DNA of 64,000 nt from Vulcanimicrobiota bacterium (GCA_963812155.1 CAWETW010000001.1:448001-512000), one strand, 5' to 3'. Shown: positions 1-12,537, numbered from the stretch's first letter. The notes: generated from the sequence alone by a model not told the origin. Translations and numbers: made by a program.

Positions 1-771
1 GAACGGCGGGGCGACCTTGTTCTTTACCACCTTTACGCGGGTGCGCGTTCCCACGACGTCTTGCCCGATTTTAATCGTTTCGAGTTTGCGTACGTCGAGG
101 CGAACGGAGGCGTAGAACTTGAGGGCGCGGCCACCCGACGTCGTCTCCGGGTTTCCGAACATCACGCCGACTTTTTCACGAAGCTGATTGATGAAGATCA
201 TCACCGCCTTGCTGCGTGAAATTGCGGCGGTCAATTTTCGCAGTGCCTGCGACATGAGGCGCGCTTGCAGACCGACGTGAGCATCGCCCATGTCGCCTTC
301 GAGCTCGGCTTTGGTGACGAGCGCGGCCACGGAGTCGACGACGATCACGTCGACGGCATTGCTCCGCGTCAGCATTTCGGCGATTTCTAGTGCCTGTTCG
401 CCCGTGTCGGGCTGCGAAACGAGGAGGTTCTCCAAATCCACGCCCAGCGCGGCAGCGTAGGTCGGATCGAGCGCGTGTTCCACGTCGACGAAGGCCGCCG
501 TGCCGCCCATTTTCTGCGCTTCCGCAATGGCGTGCAGCGCGAGCGTCGTCTTGCCGCTGGCTTCCGGACCGTAGATCTCGACGATGCGTCCGCGCGGCAA
601 ACCGCCCACGCCGAGCGCGAGATCGAGCGCGATCGATCCGGTTGGAACGATCTCGAACGACATGCGTTCTTGAAAATCGCCCATTCGCATAATCGAGCCT
701 TTACCGAACTGACGCTCGATCTGAGCGAGAGCGGTATTGAGGGCGAGTTGCCGTTCGTCTTGAGCCGCCAT
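1..771 (-). CDS. recA: Recombinase A (3' part runs off the window)
   Basis: Manual translation from ATG 771: [31 protein letters not shown]...[21 protein letters not shown]...[12 protein letters not shown]...[26 protein letters not shown]; purine-rich SD upstream. Confidence 0.98.
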   Translation of the reverse strand, partial: MAAQDERQLALNTALAQIERQFGKGSIMRMGDFQERMSFEIVPTGSIALDLALGVGGLPRGRIVEIYGPEASGKTTLALHAIAEAQKMGGTAAFVDVEHALDPTYAAALGVDLENLLVSQPDTGEQALEIAEMLTRSNAVDVIVVDSVAALVTKAELEGDMGDAHVGLQARLMSQALRKLTAAISRSKAVMIFINQLREKVGVMFGNPETTSGGRALKFYASVRLDVRKLETIKIGQDVVGTRTRVKVVKNKVAPPF

Positions 772-805
772 GCGTGTTCCTCTCCTTAGTGCGTGATGGT
801 GCGGG

Positions 806-1774
806 TCACCGGTTCCATGCGACGTTCTCAGGTGAGCGTGCCACCTGGTTGGCATTCTTCTCGGGCGATTCGTCGAAAAGTGCTTCGATAAACTCGGACG
901 GCACGAACGGCTGCAGTGCATCGGGCGTCTCGCCTAGTCCGACCAGCTTCACCGGCACTTCCAATTCGTCGACGATTGCGACGAGCACGCCGCCCTTGGC
1001 GGTAGAATCGAGCTTCGTAACCACGATTCCGGTCAGCTCGGCCGCGGCGTTGAATAGCTTTGCTTGCGAGATCGCGTTCTGACCGGTCGTTCCGTCGACG
1101 ACGAGCAGCGTTTCCGCGGGCGGTTCGCCGAGCTCGCGCTCCACGACGCGCCGGATCTTCTTCAGTTCTTCCATAAGGTTGATCTTGGTTTGCAGCCGTC
1201 CGGCGGTGTCGATGAGAATCGCGTCGGCATCGCGCGCTTTGCCGGCGCGCAATGCGTCGAAGACCACCGATGCCGGGTCGGCGCCTTCGGCGCCGCGGAT
1301 CAATTCGCTGCCGCTGCGCGCCGCCCAAATACCTAACTGCTCGGCCGCGGCCGCGCGGAAAGTGTCGGCTGCCACGAGCACGACGCGTTTGCGCCGTTCG
1401 CGCAGCCGCATCGCCAATTTCCCGGCAGTCGTCGTCTTGCCGCTTCCGTTGACGCCGACGAACAGCACCACCGCCGGACGGCGGTCGAAGTGCAACTCGG
1501 CATTCGGAAGGGTGAGGAAACGTTCGACGTCTTTACGGAAACGCGCGACGGCCTGGTCGGTCGTCGTCCAGGCCTCTTGTTTCGAGACGGTCTGAAGTCC
1601 CGAGACGATCTTCTGCGTCGTCGGAACGCCGAAATCGGCGAGGATCAGCGTCTCTTCGAGCTCGTCCCAGAATTCCGCGGTCAGGGGCACGCCGGGGCGG
1701 CCCAAACGCGTGACCGCCGAGAATGCCTCCCGGGCTTTTCCGAGGGACGCGCGCAGCCGGACAAACCAACTCAC
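806..1774 (-). CDS. ftsY: Signal recognition particle receptor FtsY
   Basis: [39 protein letters not shown] motifs. Confidence 0.97.
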   Translation of the reverse strand: MSWFVRLRASLGKAREAFSAVTRLGRPGVPLTAEFWDELEETLILADFGVPTTQKIVSGLQTVSKQEAWTTTDQAVARFRKDVERFLTLPNAELHFDRRPAVVLFVGVNGSGKTTTAGKLAMRLRERRKRVVLVAADTFRAAAAEQLGIWAARSGSELIRGAEGADPASVVFDALRAGKARDADAILIDTAGRLQTKINLMEELKKIRRVVERELGEPPAETLLVVDGTTGQNAISQAKLFNAAAELTGIVVTKLDSTAKGGVLVAIVDELEVPVKLVGLGETPDALQPFVPSEFIEALFDESPEKNANQVARSPENVAWNR

Positions 1775-1829
1775 GGATGGAGTTCTTCCCGGTGCACTAT
1801 CGAACTCCTGTTCGCTATTCCGGGCCTTT

Positions 1830-3053
1830 TCAGCCGGTCGCGGAACGCAGGGCGAAACGCGCCGCCTGACCGTACAGATAGAGCCGATCGCCGAGCGTCC
1901 GCTCGAAGTCTTCCTTCTGAAGCACGTCGGCGAATCGTGGACTGCGCGCCAGCAAATCGAAGAGCATAGCGAAACGCGCCGGGCGGCGTTCGAGAAACCG
2001 CATGAGCTTTACCCGGTGCATCAGCCGGCGCGCGAACCGTGCGCCCACCGCGCCGGCGTAGCGCGCGGCCGCGCCTGCCGGACGATCGCGCTCGGCGGCG
2101 ACGGCCTCTGCCGCCATCCGGCCACTCATTGCCGCCTCGAAAATTCCCTCGCCGTTGGTCGCGTCCACCAGACCGGCAGCCGTTCCGCCGAGCATCACCG
2201 CATCGTCGGAGAACGCCGCCCTCGGCGTACCGCCGTAGAGCAGATGCCCTTCTTGCTTCACACGTAACACGCTCACCGACGGATACAAGCGCTGACGAAT
2301 GCGCTCGGTGAAGCGTTCGAGCTCCTCCCGCAGTTGCGCGCCGGGCATCTTTCCCATCACGCCGAGCCCGATCGCAAGATGGTCGCGCTTTGGAAACATC
2401 CACGCCACGACTTGACGGGCCGCGCTCGTGAGATAGTAATGCATCTCCATCGTTTGGTACGCTATTTCGTCTGCCCGCCCGTCGAGATAGACGCGGTATT
2501 GCAGCGTCGTAATCAATCCGTCGCGCCACGGCGCGTACTGTAACCGTGAAGACGCCGTCTCGCCCTGCGTGCGCACGTTGTCGGCGTTGAACGTGGCGCC
2601 GGACGCAAGAAAAACGTTGCGGGCGGCGATACGTTTTCGATTTCCCGCGACGAGGTCGGCGTACTCGACGATCGTCCGGCCGTCGCCGCCGCTTTCCACG
2701 CCGCGAAAGAGCGCTTGCGTTCGAACTTGGGCGCCTTCGCGGCGCGCCATGGTTCCCATCGTCCCGTCGAGTTCTTCGCGCGTCGTCGTGTGCCCGGGAC
2801 CGTAAAAAACCGCGTGCTCGGCGCCGGTGATATCGAAGAGCGCGACGCGCGGCGTGTCGCAGTGCACGATCTCGCGCGGCAAATCGAACGTCCGGCAGAA
2901 TCCGGGACGCAACCCGGCCGCACAAACGCGCTTCGCACCAACGACCGGGTCTTTTTCGAGCACGACCGTTTCAACGCCGGCCCGCGACGCTTCTCGCGCG
3001 GCCGTCGCACCAGCCGGCCCGCATCCGACGACGACGAAATCCGTGGTTTCCAT
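1830..3053 (-). CDS. Geranylgeranyl reductase-family FAD-dependent oxidoreductase
   Basis: VVVGCGPAG dinucleotide motif, K.VCAAG, WMFPK, G.AAGLV...GEGI..A..SG; start moved to METTDF. Confidence 0.8.
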   Translation of the reverse strand: METTDFVVVGCGPAGATAAREASRAGVETVVLEKDPVVGAKRVCAAGLRPGFCRTFDLPREIVHCDTPRVALFDITGAEHAVFYGPGHTTTREELDGTMGTMARREGAQVRTQALFRGVESGGDGRTIVEYADLVAGNRKRIAARNVFLASGATFNADNVRTQGETASSRLQYAPWRDGLITTLQYRVYLDGRADEIAYQTMEMHYYLTSAARQVVAWMFPKRDHLAIGLGVMGKMPGAQLREELERFTERIRQRLYPSVSVLRVKQEGHLLYGGTPRAAFSDDAVMLGGTAAGLVDATNGEGIFEAAMSGRMAAEAVAAERDRPAGAAARYAGAVGARFARRLMHRVKLMRFLERRPARFAMLFDLLARSPRFADVLQKEDFERTLGDRLYLYGQAARFALRSATG

Positions 3054-3182
3054 TCTACGCGTATTTCGCTTCGGCGCGCCGTTCGCTTGCTGCTGCAACC
3101 AAAGCAAGAGGGCCGGGAGGCAGGCTCCCCGCGAGCGTCGCATTTCCGTTCAACTCCCCAAGCCGCAATTGGAGCATCGAGC

Positions 3183-4109
3183 ATGAGCGCGACGACATCG
3201 CGATTTCTCTTTGGCTGTACGCTGACGGCGCTGCTGGCAGGCTGCGCAACACCCGGCCAGCACTTCTCGCCGCCCGGCGTGGCCGCACCCGGCGCCCTAA
3301 CGCAGGCGATGGACGTTCCGAACGCATCGGCGCTGCTGTACGTTTCGGATCCGGAAGGCAACGACATAGCGACCTACACGTTTCCCGACGGCAAACCGGT
3401 CGCGACCATCCCGTTCGATCAGCCCGCCGGCATGTGCGTCTCCAAATCCGGAAACGTCTTCATCGGCGATCCAAACGACGCGCAAGTGCGCGTTTTTGCG
3501 CACGGTGGAACCAAGCCGCTTCGCTCGCTGAACGATCCGGGTTACAATCCGCTGAGCTGCGCGATCGATCAAAAGAGCGGGAACCTGGCCGTCACGAGTT
3601 TTATCGGCTCCAAAGGACACGGCAGCCTAGCAATCTACTCGCATGCGATCGGCGCGCCGAAGGTCTACTCCGACGCGAACATTCCGCACATGTTCTACGC
3701 CGGCTACGACGGTGCCGGGAATCTATTCGTCGACGGTACGACGTCGTCACGCAAAGTGGTCGTCGCCGAACTCGCCAAAGGGAGCACGCACATCGTTGCG
3801 ATTCCGCTGAATCAAACCATCGCTACGGCGGGCGGCGTCGCGTGGGACGGCACGTATCTCGACGTCGCCGACGTCAACGCTTCCGTGATCTACCGCTTTA
3901 AGATCGCGGCCGGCAAGGGAACGAAGGCGGGCTCGATTCCGCTCAAAGGTTCGGCCTACGTCGACGAGTTCTCGATTCAAGGGTCGCAAGTGGTCGTTCC
4001 GGACTACATCAACGGGAAGGTCCATTACTACAAATTCCCGGGTGGCGGAACGCCGGTCAAGACGATCGACGGCCTTACGTCGCCGCTCGCAACGGTGGTA
4101 AGCAACTAG
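3183..4109 (+). CDS. Secreted lipoprotein, NHL/YVTN-like beta-propeller
   Basis: LAGC lipobox; repeated blades (LLYVSD, P.GMCV...GNVFI.D, GYDGAGNLFVDG). Confidence 0.7.
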   Translation: MSATTSRFLFGCTLTALLAGCATPGQHFSPPGVAAPGALTQAMDVPNASALLYVSDPEGNDIATYTFPDGKPVATIPFDQPAGMCVSKSGNVFIGDPNDAQVRVFAHGGTKPLRSLNDPGYNPLSCAIDQKSGNLAVTSFIGSKGHGSLAIYSHAIGAPKVYSDANIPHMFYAGYDGAGNLFVDGTTSSRKVVVAELAKGSTHIVAIPLNQTIATAGGVAWDGTYLDVADVNASVIYRFKIAAGKGTKAGSIPLKGSAYVDEFSIQGSQVVVPDYINGKVHYYKFPGGGTPVKTIDGLTSPLATVVSN

Positions 4110-4115
4110 CCCTTC

Positions 4116-4225
4116 GTCCTTCGACTTCGCCTGCTGCGCAGGCTTCGCTCAGGATGACACCGTTCGCGCTCGGGGTGACACAGCGACGGCATGTTTTGCA
4201 TGCCTTCGCTCAGGGTGACACAGCG
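4116..4225 (+). repeat. REP-like intergenic repeat: one full copy (4116-4159) plus two partial copies
   Basis: GTCCTTCGAC-hairpin-CTTCGCTCAGGATGACA; partial CGCTC(G/A)GGGTGACACAGCG twice; related copies at 10996 and 58604. Confidence 0.75.
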
Positions 4226-4325
4226 GGGCGAAGCAGGACGGCCGAGCGGACACGCTGTATACCGGCCGGTCGGCCCTTCTGCGGGCCTTGTTTCCTACTA
4301 CCCTATTGAGACGAGAAGGATTGGA

Positions 4326-6434
<2,109 letters not shown>

Positions 6435-6444
6435 CGACACTTCG

Positions 6445-7356
6445 TTACCACAACTGGACGACGAGTCCGGCCCCGACGTAGCGAAACGCGAGGCCCGGAT
6501 CGCCGATCAGCGAGTGCCCGTACTCCACGTCGATTTCCGTGCGCGTGCCAAGCAGCTTTTGCACGCCGCCGTCGAGGAACGCGCGTCCTCCGAGGTTGGG
6601 CGCGAGCTTCGACACGTAGACGTATTCGGCGTAAAACTGATAGTAGTGCGGGATCTGCGTCGTCAGCACGACCGACGGCGTCGTTACGCCGTAACGTGCG
6701 TGAACGCCGTCGGGTGTAAAGCCGCCCGTTGACGACACGGCGATCGTGGTACCGATGCCGGCCGCCGGACTCAACGCATAACTGACGTCGAGGTTCCCGG
6801 TAAGCGTCGCGTTGCCGGCAGAAAGGAAGCGCGATCCGTTCGGCGGCAGGTCGAGCGCGTCGATCGCGAAGAGCCATCTTCCAGCCGGGGCAAACTCGTA
6901 CTTCGCACCTAATCCGGAATCCGTAACGCCGTTGGTCACGCTGCCCGTCTCGCTGGGCGCGTATTGCCGCGTTGCGACGTAGTTCGGCCCGGTGACGTCA
7001 AGCTCGAACCGCGGCGCGACGCCGACGCGCAGAAAATTTTGCGGCACCTGGCTTTGCACCGAACCGTTCGAGGGCGTACCGTTCACTTGATTCTGATAGC
7101 CCAACTCGAAGACGGTGGTGTGCGGCGCGACCGCGCACGCGCTGTAGCCGACGGTCGGACGGTTTGCGGTTGCAAGGAGACGTCCAGGGCCGCCGCACGG
7201 ATCGAAGGGCGTAGGCGACGGGGACGGCGACGCGTAGCCCGCCGCCGGCGAGATCGTTTGGGACCGGACGTACGCCGGTAAAACTGCGAGCGCGCCGCAC
7301 GCGCACGCCGCCGGCATGCGCCGGAGGAAGCGCAGCACGGAGTCGCGTTCAATCAC
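6445..7356 (-). CDS. Putative outer-membrane beta-barrel channel (MetA-pathway-like 'transporter' family); start uncertain
   Basis: Signal peptide, NRPT..S motif, alternating beta-strands, terminal aromatic residue. Confidence 0.55.
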   Translation of the reverse strand: MIERDSVLRFLRRMPAACACGALAVLPAYVRSQTISPAAGYASPSPSPTPFDPCGGPGRLLATANRPTVGYSACAVAPHTTVFELGYQNQVNGTPSNGSVQSQVPQNFLRVGVAPRFELDVTGPNYVATRQYAPSETGSVTNGVTDSGLGAKYEFAPAGRWLFAIDALDLPPNGSRFLSAGNATLTGNLDVSYALSPAAGIGTTIAVSSTGGFTPDGVHARYGVTTPSVVLTTQIPHYYQFYAEYVYVSKLAPNLGGRAFLDGGVQKLLGTRTEIDVEYGHSLIGDPGLAFRYVGAGLVVQLW

Positions 7357-7365
7357 GACGAGCGC

Positions 7366-7872
7366 TTACGCTGCGCGCGCGGCGAGTTCGGCCTCGTACT
7401 TGCGGTAGATGAAGTAGTAACTCGAGGCGATGAAGGCAATGGCGAAGCCGAGCAGCGCGTCGCCGATTGCAATTGAGAGACTGCCGCGGTGCGGCATGAG
7501 CGCGCGCACGCCCGCCCTCAATCCGAATGCAACCAGAAAAATTACGATGGTCACCCACGACGAACCGAGATACATGACGCCGGGTTTGTCGGTCGGACGC
7601 ACGTCGGTATGCATGCCGCGGAGCACGCCGAACGGGATCCCGATGATTGCGCCCGCAACGACGCCTGCGGCAATTTCCCACGCGGCAATCGGGTCGAGAC
7701 GTTGCGTCGCGTAGATTCCCCATCCGGTTATGGCGATGAGGATGAGCGGGCCCACCCACATGCGCGTCACGCTGATGCGCTGCGGCCGGAAAAACCGGAC
7801 CGCCAGAATTCCGACGACGACCACGAGCGGCAGCAGCTGCGTCCACCAGGGAACGCTCGGACTATGGCCCAT
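7366..7872 (-). CDS. CcdC/DUF1453-like membrane protein
   Basis: About 5 hydrophobic helices, G...G.LRG motif. Confidence 0.5.
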   Translation of the reverse strand: MGHSPSVPWWTQLLPLVVVVGILAVRFFRPQRISVTRMWVGPLILIAITGWGIYATQRLDPIAAWEIAAGVVAGAIIGIPFGVLRGMHTDVRPTDKPGVMYLGSSWVTIVIFLVAFGLRAGVRALMPHRGSLSIAIGDALLGFAIAFIASSYYFIYRKYEAELAARAA

Positions 7873-7919
7873 AGCTCGCGGCTTTCAGCGTGACGCGGAC
7901 GAGAGCGGCGCCGCGCGCG

Positions 7920-8288
7920 TTACTTGATTTCGACCTTGGCGCCGGCTTCTTCGAGCTTCTTCTTGACTTGCTCGGCTTCGTCTTTGGTGACGCCTTCTTT
8001 TACCGGCTTAGGCGCGCTTTCGACGAACGCTTTGGCTTCGGTCAAACCGAGGCTCGTGAGTTCGCGAACGGCCTTGATCACCTTGATTTTCTCAGGTCCG
8101 GCTTCGGCGAGAATCACGTCGAATTCGGTTTGCTCGGCGGCCGGCGCGGCTGCGGCAGCGGGTGCGGCCATCATCGCAGCGGGCGCGGCGGCGGAAACGC
8201 CGTACTTCTCCTCGAGCTGCTTCACGAGGTCGGCGAGTTCCAGAACGGTGAGTTTGTCGATTTGGTCGATAAGTTCGGCGAGAGCCAT
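7920..8288 (-). CDS. rplL: 50S ribosomal protein L7/L12
   Basis: [38 protein letters not shown]. Confidence 0.98.
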   Translation of the reverse strand: MALAELIDQIDKLTVLELADLVKQLEEKYGVSAAAPAAMMAAPAAAAAPAAEQTEFDVILAEAGPEKIKVIKAVRELTSLGLTEAKAFVESAPKPVKEGVTKDEAEQVKKKLEEAGAKVEIK

Positions 8289-8305
8289 GATACGAGTCAA
8301 TCTCC

Positions 8306-8836
8306 TTAAGCGTTGGGTGCCGCGGCTTCTTTTTGCTCGCGGATTGCGTTGAGAACGCGGACGAGTCCGCTTTGATTGCCGGAAAGCACGGTAACGAGAC
8401 CGCGTAACGGGCTCGCCAGCGAACCCACGAGCCGGGCGATGAGTTCGATTTTGGGCGGCAGCTTCGCCAGCACGTTGACCTGCGCCGCATCGACGACGTC
8501 GCCGTCGATGAATGCCGCCTTGATGCCCAGTTTCTTGGTGGAATCGCTAAACGTTTTCAGCGCTTTGGCCGGAGCAACCGGATCGACGCCAGCAAAGACG
8601 ATGCCGGTGGGACCGCTGAGAAACTCTTCGAGGCGGGTGGCGACCTCGCCGCCGGCGATACGAAAGAGCGTATTCTTTACGACGGAATACGTGCTGCCGT
8701 CTTTGCGAAGTTCGCCGCGCAGTTTCGTAATCTCGTCGACGGTCAAACCTTGGTAATCGGTCAAGAAAAGATTCTTTGCGGCGGCAAGCCGGTCGCGCAA
8801 CTTCTGAACGGCCGATTCTTTGCGTGCGGTTGGCAT
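8306..8836 (-). CDS. rplJ: 50S ribosomal protein L10
   Basis: DYQGLTV..IT.LR, VVKNTL, L.GPT, LAKLP; start at MPTARK. Confidence 0.97.
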   Translation of the reverse strand: MPTARKESAVQKLRDRLAAAKNLFLTDYQGLTVDEITKLRGELRKDGSTYSVVKNTLFRIAGGEVATRLEEFLSGPTGIVFAGVDPVAPAKALKTFSDSTKKLGIKAAFIDGDVVDAAQVNVLAKLPPKIELIARLVGSLASPLRGLVTVLSGNQSGLVRVLNAIREQKEAAAPNA

Positions 8837-8883
8837 GTGGTACGTACTCTTTTCTGCGGCGCCGACGATGCGAAGGGTCCCGA

Positions 8884-9005
8884 TAAAAAACGAAAGCGCC
8901 CATCCGACCGGAGGGCGCACCAATGCGTCGCAAAGCTTCGCGGGTCGCATCCTCGGCAGGTCATTTCGATTAAGGCCAAAACAGGCCGCCTACGGTCTTC
9001 GGAGC
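8884..9005 (-). ncRNA. L10 ribosomal leader with attenuator hairpin
   Basis: Minus strand CCGAAGACCGTAGG...TTAA...CCTGCCGAGG, then GCGCCC..CCG/CGG..GGGCGC hairpin and T-run upstream of rplJ. Confidence 0.85.
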
Positions 9006-9041
9006 CTGTGGTAGATTACCACAGGTCCGCACGCGCTGCAA
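9005..9041 (-). promoter_or_regulatory. Sigma70-type promoter of rplJL, with -10 inside a palindrome
   Basis: TTGCAG (9041-9036), 17 bp, TG-extended TAATCT (9018-9013); arms CCTGTGGTA/TACCACAGG at 9005-9025. Confidence 0.65.
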
Positions 9042-9062
9042 GCCCGGTGGAGGACGGCATCA

Positions 9063-9803
9063 ATGGCATCGGCTCCCGAAAACATCGATCGCACCCGCTT
9101 TCTCGGCACCGCGGGCCTCGGCTTGGCGGCAATAGTCGCGTCGGGTGGCGGCAACGCCCTCGCGTCCGGTGGTCCCGCGGCAAAGGCCGACACCCCACTC
9201 GAGGCCATCCACCTGCTGCAAGCCGGCAACGACCGTTTCATCAAAGGCCAAACTGTTTGCGAATCGCTCACCGCACGGCGCCTTGAGCTGACCGCCGGTC
9301 AAAAGCCGTTCGCGACGATCCTCAGTTGTTCCGATTCGCGCGTCCCGCTCGAGACACTCTTCGATCAGGAGCCCGGAAATCTGTTCGGGATCCGCGTCGC
9401 AGGCAATTTCGTCACGGACTTCGGCCTGGGAACGATCGAGTACGGTGTCGCGATGCTGGGCACACCGTTGATCGTCGTGATGGGGCACAGCAACTGTGGT
9501 GCCGTCGACGCTGGCATCAAATACGTCGCCAACGGCACGACGCAACCCGGCCACATCATGGATCTCGTCAAGAAAATCGAGCCGGCGGCCAAGGCTACCA
9601 AAGAGCAGCCGGGGAGCTGGCTACACAACGCGATCGTTCAGAACGTCCGCAATAACGTCGAAGCCATCTCCAAAGGCTCGACAATCGTGGCCGATGCCGT
9701 CAAGGCCGGGAAGCTGTTGGTCACCGGCGGCGTCTACGACCTGTATTCGGGGCGCATCAGCCCCCTGATGACGCTCGAGAAGCTTAAGAAACCGTCGCCT
9801 TGA
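9063..9803 (+). CDS. Beta-class carbonic anhydrase with Tat-like signal peptide
   Basis: GN.RF, CSDSR, RVAGN, GHSNCGA zinc ligands; N-terminal RTRFL plus hydrophobic stretch. Confidence 0.93.
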   Translation: MASAPENIDRTRFLGTAGLGLAAIVASGGGNALASGGPAAKADTPLEAIHLLQAGNDRFIKGQTVCESLTARRLELTAGQKPFATILSCSDSRVPLETLFDQEPGNLFGIRVAGNFVTDFGLGTIEYGVAMLGTPLIVVMGHSNCGAVDAGIKYVANGTTQPGHIMDLVKKIEPAAKATKEQPGSWLHNAIVQNVRNNVEAISKGSTIVADAVKAGKLLVTGGVYDLYSGRISPLMTLEKLKKPSP

Positions 9804-10488
9804 TCCGGTTTGGATCGACCTTCACACCCGGCCCCATCGTGCTCGTGAGCGTGACGCTGCGGAGATAGGTTCCCTTCGCGGCGGACGGCTTCGCGCGAAC
9901 GATCGCGTCGAGCAGCGTCGCGACGTTTTCCGACAGATGCTGTTCGTCGAACGTCGCTTTGCCGACGATCGTGTGAATGATGCCCGTCTTGTCGAGGCGG
10001 AATTCGACCTTGCCGGCTTTGATATCGCGAATGGCGGCAGCGATGTTGGGCGTGACGGTTCCGGCCTTCGGATTGGGCATTTTTTGTGCCAAGATGCGTC
10101 CCAGTTCCTTACCAACTTGCGCCATCATGTCGGGCGTCGCGACCGCGACGTCGAACTCCGTGAAGCCGCCTTTGACGCGATCGATCAAATCCTGATCGCC
10201 GACGATGTCGGCGCCGGCTTCCTGCGCAGATTTGGCGTTGTCGCCCTTCGCGAACGCGATCACGCGAACCGTGCGGCCCGTCCCGTGCGGTAACAGCACG
10301 GTTCCGCGCACGTTCTGATCGCTCTTCTTCGGATCGACCCCGAGACGAATGTGCGCCTCGACCGTTTCGGCAAACTTCGCGTTGGCGTTCTTCTTCACGA
10401 GCGCGATCGCTTCGGGCGGCGTGAAGAGTTGGCGCCGGTCGTACTCGGCGGTCAGTTTCTTAAAGCGCTTTCCGTGATGTTGCGGCAT
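9784..10488 (-). CDS. rplA: 50S ribosomal protein L1
   Basis: F.ETVE, LGVDP, VRGTV.LPHGTG, MPNPK.GTVT, STMGPG. Confidence 0.98.
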   Translation of the reverse strand: MPQHHGKRFKKLTAEYDRRQLFTPPEAIALVKKNANAKFAETVEAHIRLGVDPKKSDQNVRGTVLLPHGTGRTVRVIAFAKGDNAKSAQEAGADIVGDQDLIDRVKGGFTEFDVAVATPDMMAQVGKELGRILAQKMPNPKAGTVTPNIAAAIRDIKAGKVEFRLDKTGIIHTIVGKATFDEQHLSENVATLLDAIVRAKPSAAKGTYLRSVTLTSTMGPGVKVDPNRIKATVS

Positions 10489-10913
10489 TATGCTTCTACC
10501 TCGACGCCCATCGAACGCGCCGTTCCTGCGACGATCTTCTTAGCGGCATCCATGTCGTTCGCATTGATGTCGGGCATTTTCACCTTGGCGATCGATTCGA
10601 GCTGCGATTGCGTCAGTTTGCCAACCTTGTTGCGATTGGGTTCCTTACTGCCCGATTCGATCTTCAGCGCCTGTTTGATGAGGAATGAAGCCGGCGGCGT
10701 CTTCGTGATGAACGTGAACGTACGGTCTTCGAAGACCGTAATCTCGACCGGAATGATCATGCCCGCCTGCGATGCCGTACGCTCGTTGTACTGCTTGCAG
10801 AAGTCCATGATGTTGAGCGAATAGGGTCCGAGCGCCGGCCCGATCGGGGGCGCGGGAGTCGCTTTTCCGGCGGGAATTTGCAGGCCGATTTTGCCGACGA
10901 TTTTTTTAGCCAC
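10488..10913 (-). CDS. rplK: 50S ribosomal protein L11
   Basis: [34 protein letters not shown]. Confidence 0.98.
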   Translation of the reverse strand: MAKKIVGKIGLQIPAGKATPAPPIGPALGPYSLNIMDFCKQYNERTASQAGMIIPVEITVFEDRTFTFITKTPPASFLIKQALKIESGSKEPNRNKVGKLTQSQLESIAKVKMPDINANDMDAAKKIVAGTARSMGVEVEA

Positions 10914-10995
10914 GATACTCTCCTTAACGATGCATCGTTACGCGATGCTTCTGCCCCTCGTAAGACCTCACGCACCGGGGTCGCTTGCGTGAGAA

Positions 10996-11038
10996 TGCTT
11001 CGACCGCGCGCCCTACGGGCGCTCCGCTGCGAATGACG
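10996..11038 (+). repeat. Degenerate REP-like copy between nusG and rplK
   Basis: TGCTTCGAC-CGC-GCGCCC/GGGCGC hairpin-TCCGCT...ATGAC. Confidence 0.55.
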
Positions 11039-11041
11039 CGG

Positions 11042-11905
11042 TTAGACTTTTTCCACCTGGAAGAATTCGAGTTCGACCGGCGTTTCGCGTCCGAAGATCG
11101 AAATGAGCGCCCGCAGGCGTTCCTTCTCCGGTGCGATCTCGTCGACGATGCCGGTGAAATCGAAGAACGGGCCCGACGTCACCTTCACGCGATCGCCCTT
11201 CTTGAAATCGATCTTCAACTTGGGCGCCTCGATGCCCATCTGTTTGAGAATCGTCTTGACTTCTTTTTCTTGCAGCGGCACGGGCTTCTCTCCCGGTCCG
11301 GGGCTGCCGACGAAGCCGGTGACGCCTTGCGTATTGCGCACGACGTACCACGACTGATCGTCCATGATCATCTCGACGAGGACGTAACCGGGAAAAACTT
11401 TCTTGGGCGTGATCTTGCGCTTACCGTCTTTGAACTCGACCTCGTCTTCCATGGGCACGAGCACGCGGAAGATCTTGTCCTGCATTCCCATCGAGTGAAT
11501 GCGGCGCTCGAGATTCGCCTTCACCTTGTTCTCGTAACCCGAGTAGGTATGAACGACGAACCAGTTGCGGTTGTCTTTGCGCGGCGCGGTTTCGACCGCC
11601 TCGAGCGTTTCTTCGGCCGCACCGAAGCCTTCGTTCGCGACCGCAGATTCCACTTCGGAGGCTTGGTTCTCGAGGTCTTCGGTTTCGCGCACGACCGTTT
11701 CGAGCGCATCCTCTTCGGGTGCAGCTATTTCGGGCGCTGCGGCGTGGGGCGCTTCCGTCCCGGGCGTTTCCGTGTCGGGCGCTTCCGTTTCCGGCGTATC
11801 TGCGCCGGCGTAAGGCGCTTCAACGCCGGTTTCGTGCGCGGGCGTCTCCGGCGCGGTGGATTCGGGCGGCAACTGGCCGCCGATTCCCGACATCGTTTCG
11901 TGCAT
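11042..11905 (-). CDS. nusG: Transcription factor NusG with acidic N-terminal extension
   Basis: WFVVHTYSGYENKVK, FPGYVLVEM, VRNT.GVTGFV, KOW domain, IFGRETPVEL. Confidence 0.96.
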   Translation of the reverse strand: MHETMSGIGGQLPPESTAPETPAHETGVEAPYAGADTPETEAPDTETPGTEAPHAAAPEIAAPEEDALETVVRETEDLENQASEVESAVANEGFGAAEETLEAVETAPRKDNRNWFVVHTYSGYENKVKANLERRIHSMGMQDKIFRVLVPMEDEVEFKDGKRKITPKKVFPGYVLVEMIMDDQSWYVVRNTQGVTGFVGSPGPGEKPVPLQEKEVKTILKQMGIEAPKLKIDFKKGDRVKVTSGPFFDFTGIVDEIAPEKERLRALISIFGRETPVELEFFQVEKV

Positions 11906-11907
11906 GA

Positions 11908-12129
11908 TTATCCGGTGACCGGATGGATCAAACTGAAGAGCCATCCGAAAAGTTGATCGAGAACGAACGTGAACAAGCCGACTCCAACGACCAGGACGAT
12001 CGTTAAAATCGTGGCCGACATCCACTCCTCGCGCGTGGGCCACGTGACGCGCCGCATTTCGGCGATCACGCCTCGGACGAAGTCCTGGCCGACGACTCGC
12101 TGGGCGGTTTTCTTTTGCTCGTTCACCAA
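11908..12129 (-). CDS. secE: Preprotein translocase SecE
   Basis: EMRRVTWPTREE plus one TM helix; lies between tRNA-Trp and nusG. Confidence 0.95.
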   Translation of the reverse strand: MVNEQKKTAQRVVGQDFVRGVIAEMRRVTWPTREEWMSATILTIVLVVGVGLFTFVLDQLFGWLFSLIHPVTG

Positions 12130-12148
12130 AGATTCTCTCTAGGGAAAT

Positions 12149-12224
12149 TGGCAGGGCGGACAGGACTCGAACCTGCAACCAACGGTTTTGGAGACCGTTG
12201 CGCTACCAATTGCGCCACCGCCCT
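12149..12224 (-). tRNA. tRNA-Trp(CCA)
   Basis: AGGGCGG acceptor, ACGGT-CTCCAAA-ACCGT anticodon arm, TTCGAGT loop, encoded CCA. Confidence 0.97.
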
Positions 12225-12228
12225 ATAC

Positions 12229-12393
12229 CTACTTGGTTTCGCGGTGGGACCGGTGACAGCGGCACCAACGGCAGTACTTGCTGCGCTCCAGCCGCTCGGT
12301 CGTCTTCTGCTTATTTTTCTGCGTATTATAGTTCCGGCGTTTGCACTCGGTGCACGCCATCACGATCATTACGCGCGTTTCTTTCTTTGCCAT
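12229..12393 (-). CDS. rpmG: 50S ribosomal protein L33 (zinc-ribbon type)
   Basis: [12 protein letters not shown]...RLE..KYC..C..H..H.ETK. Confidence 0.96.
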   Translation of the reverse strand: MAKKETRVMIVMACTECKRRNYNTQKNKQKTTERLERSKYCRWCRCHRSHRETK

Positions 12394-12443
12394 TAGCCTA
12401 TCACGACATGAAGAAAACGGACCCGGGGTCCGTTCGAACTCCC

Positions 12444-12472
12444 ATGCTAGCATACCGCAGCGGCACTCGCAA
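12444..12472 (-). promoter_or_regulatory. Sigma70-type promoter for rpmG-tRNA-Trp-secE-nusG
   Basis: TTGCGA, 17 bp, TG-extended TAGCAT. Confidence 0.6.
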
Positions 12473-12537
12473 GGCTACGGCCCCCAGCGTTCTTTTTGGC
12501 CGGGAAGCGACCTTACGACCGCCTGCTGTTTTAACCC

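Noticed and set aside
2715..3182. Long upstream extensions in the ORF track (also hppA, rplJ, nusG, rlmB, GST)
   Set aside because: They overlap neighbouring genes or RNA elements; downstream starts fit SD sites and homology better
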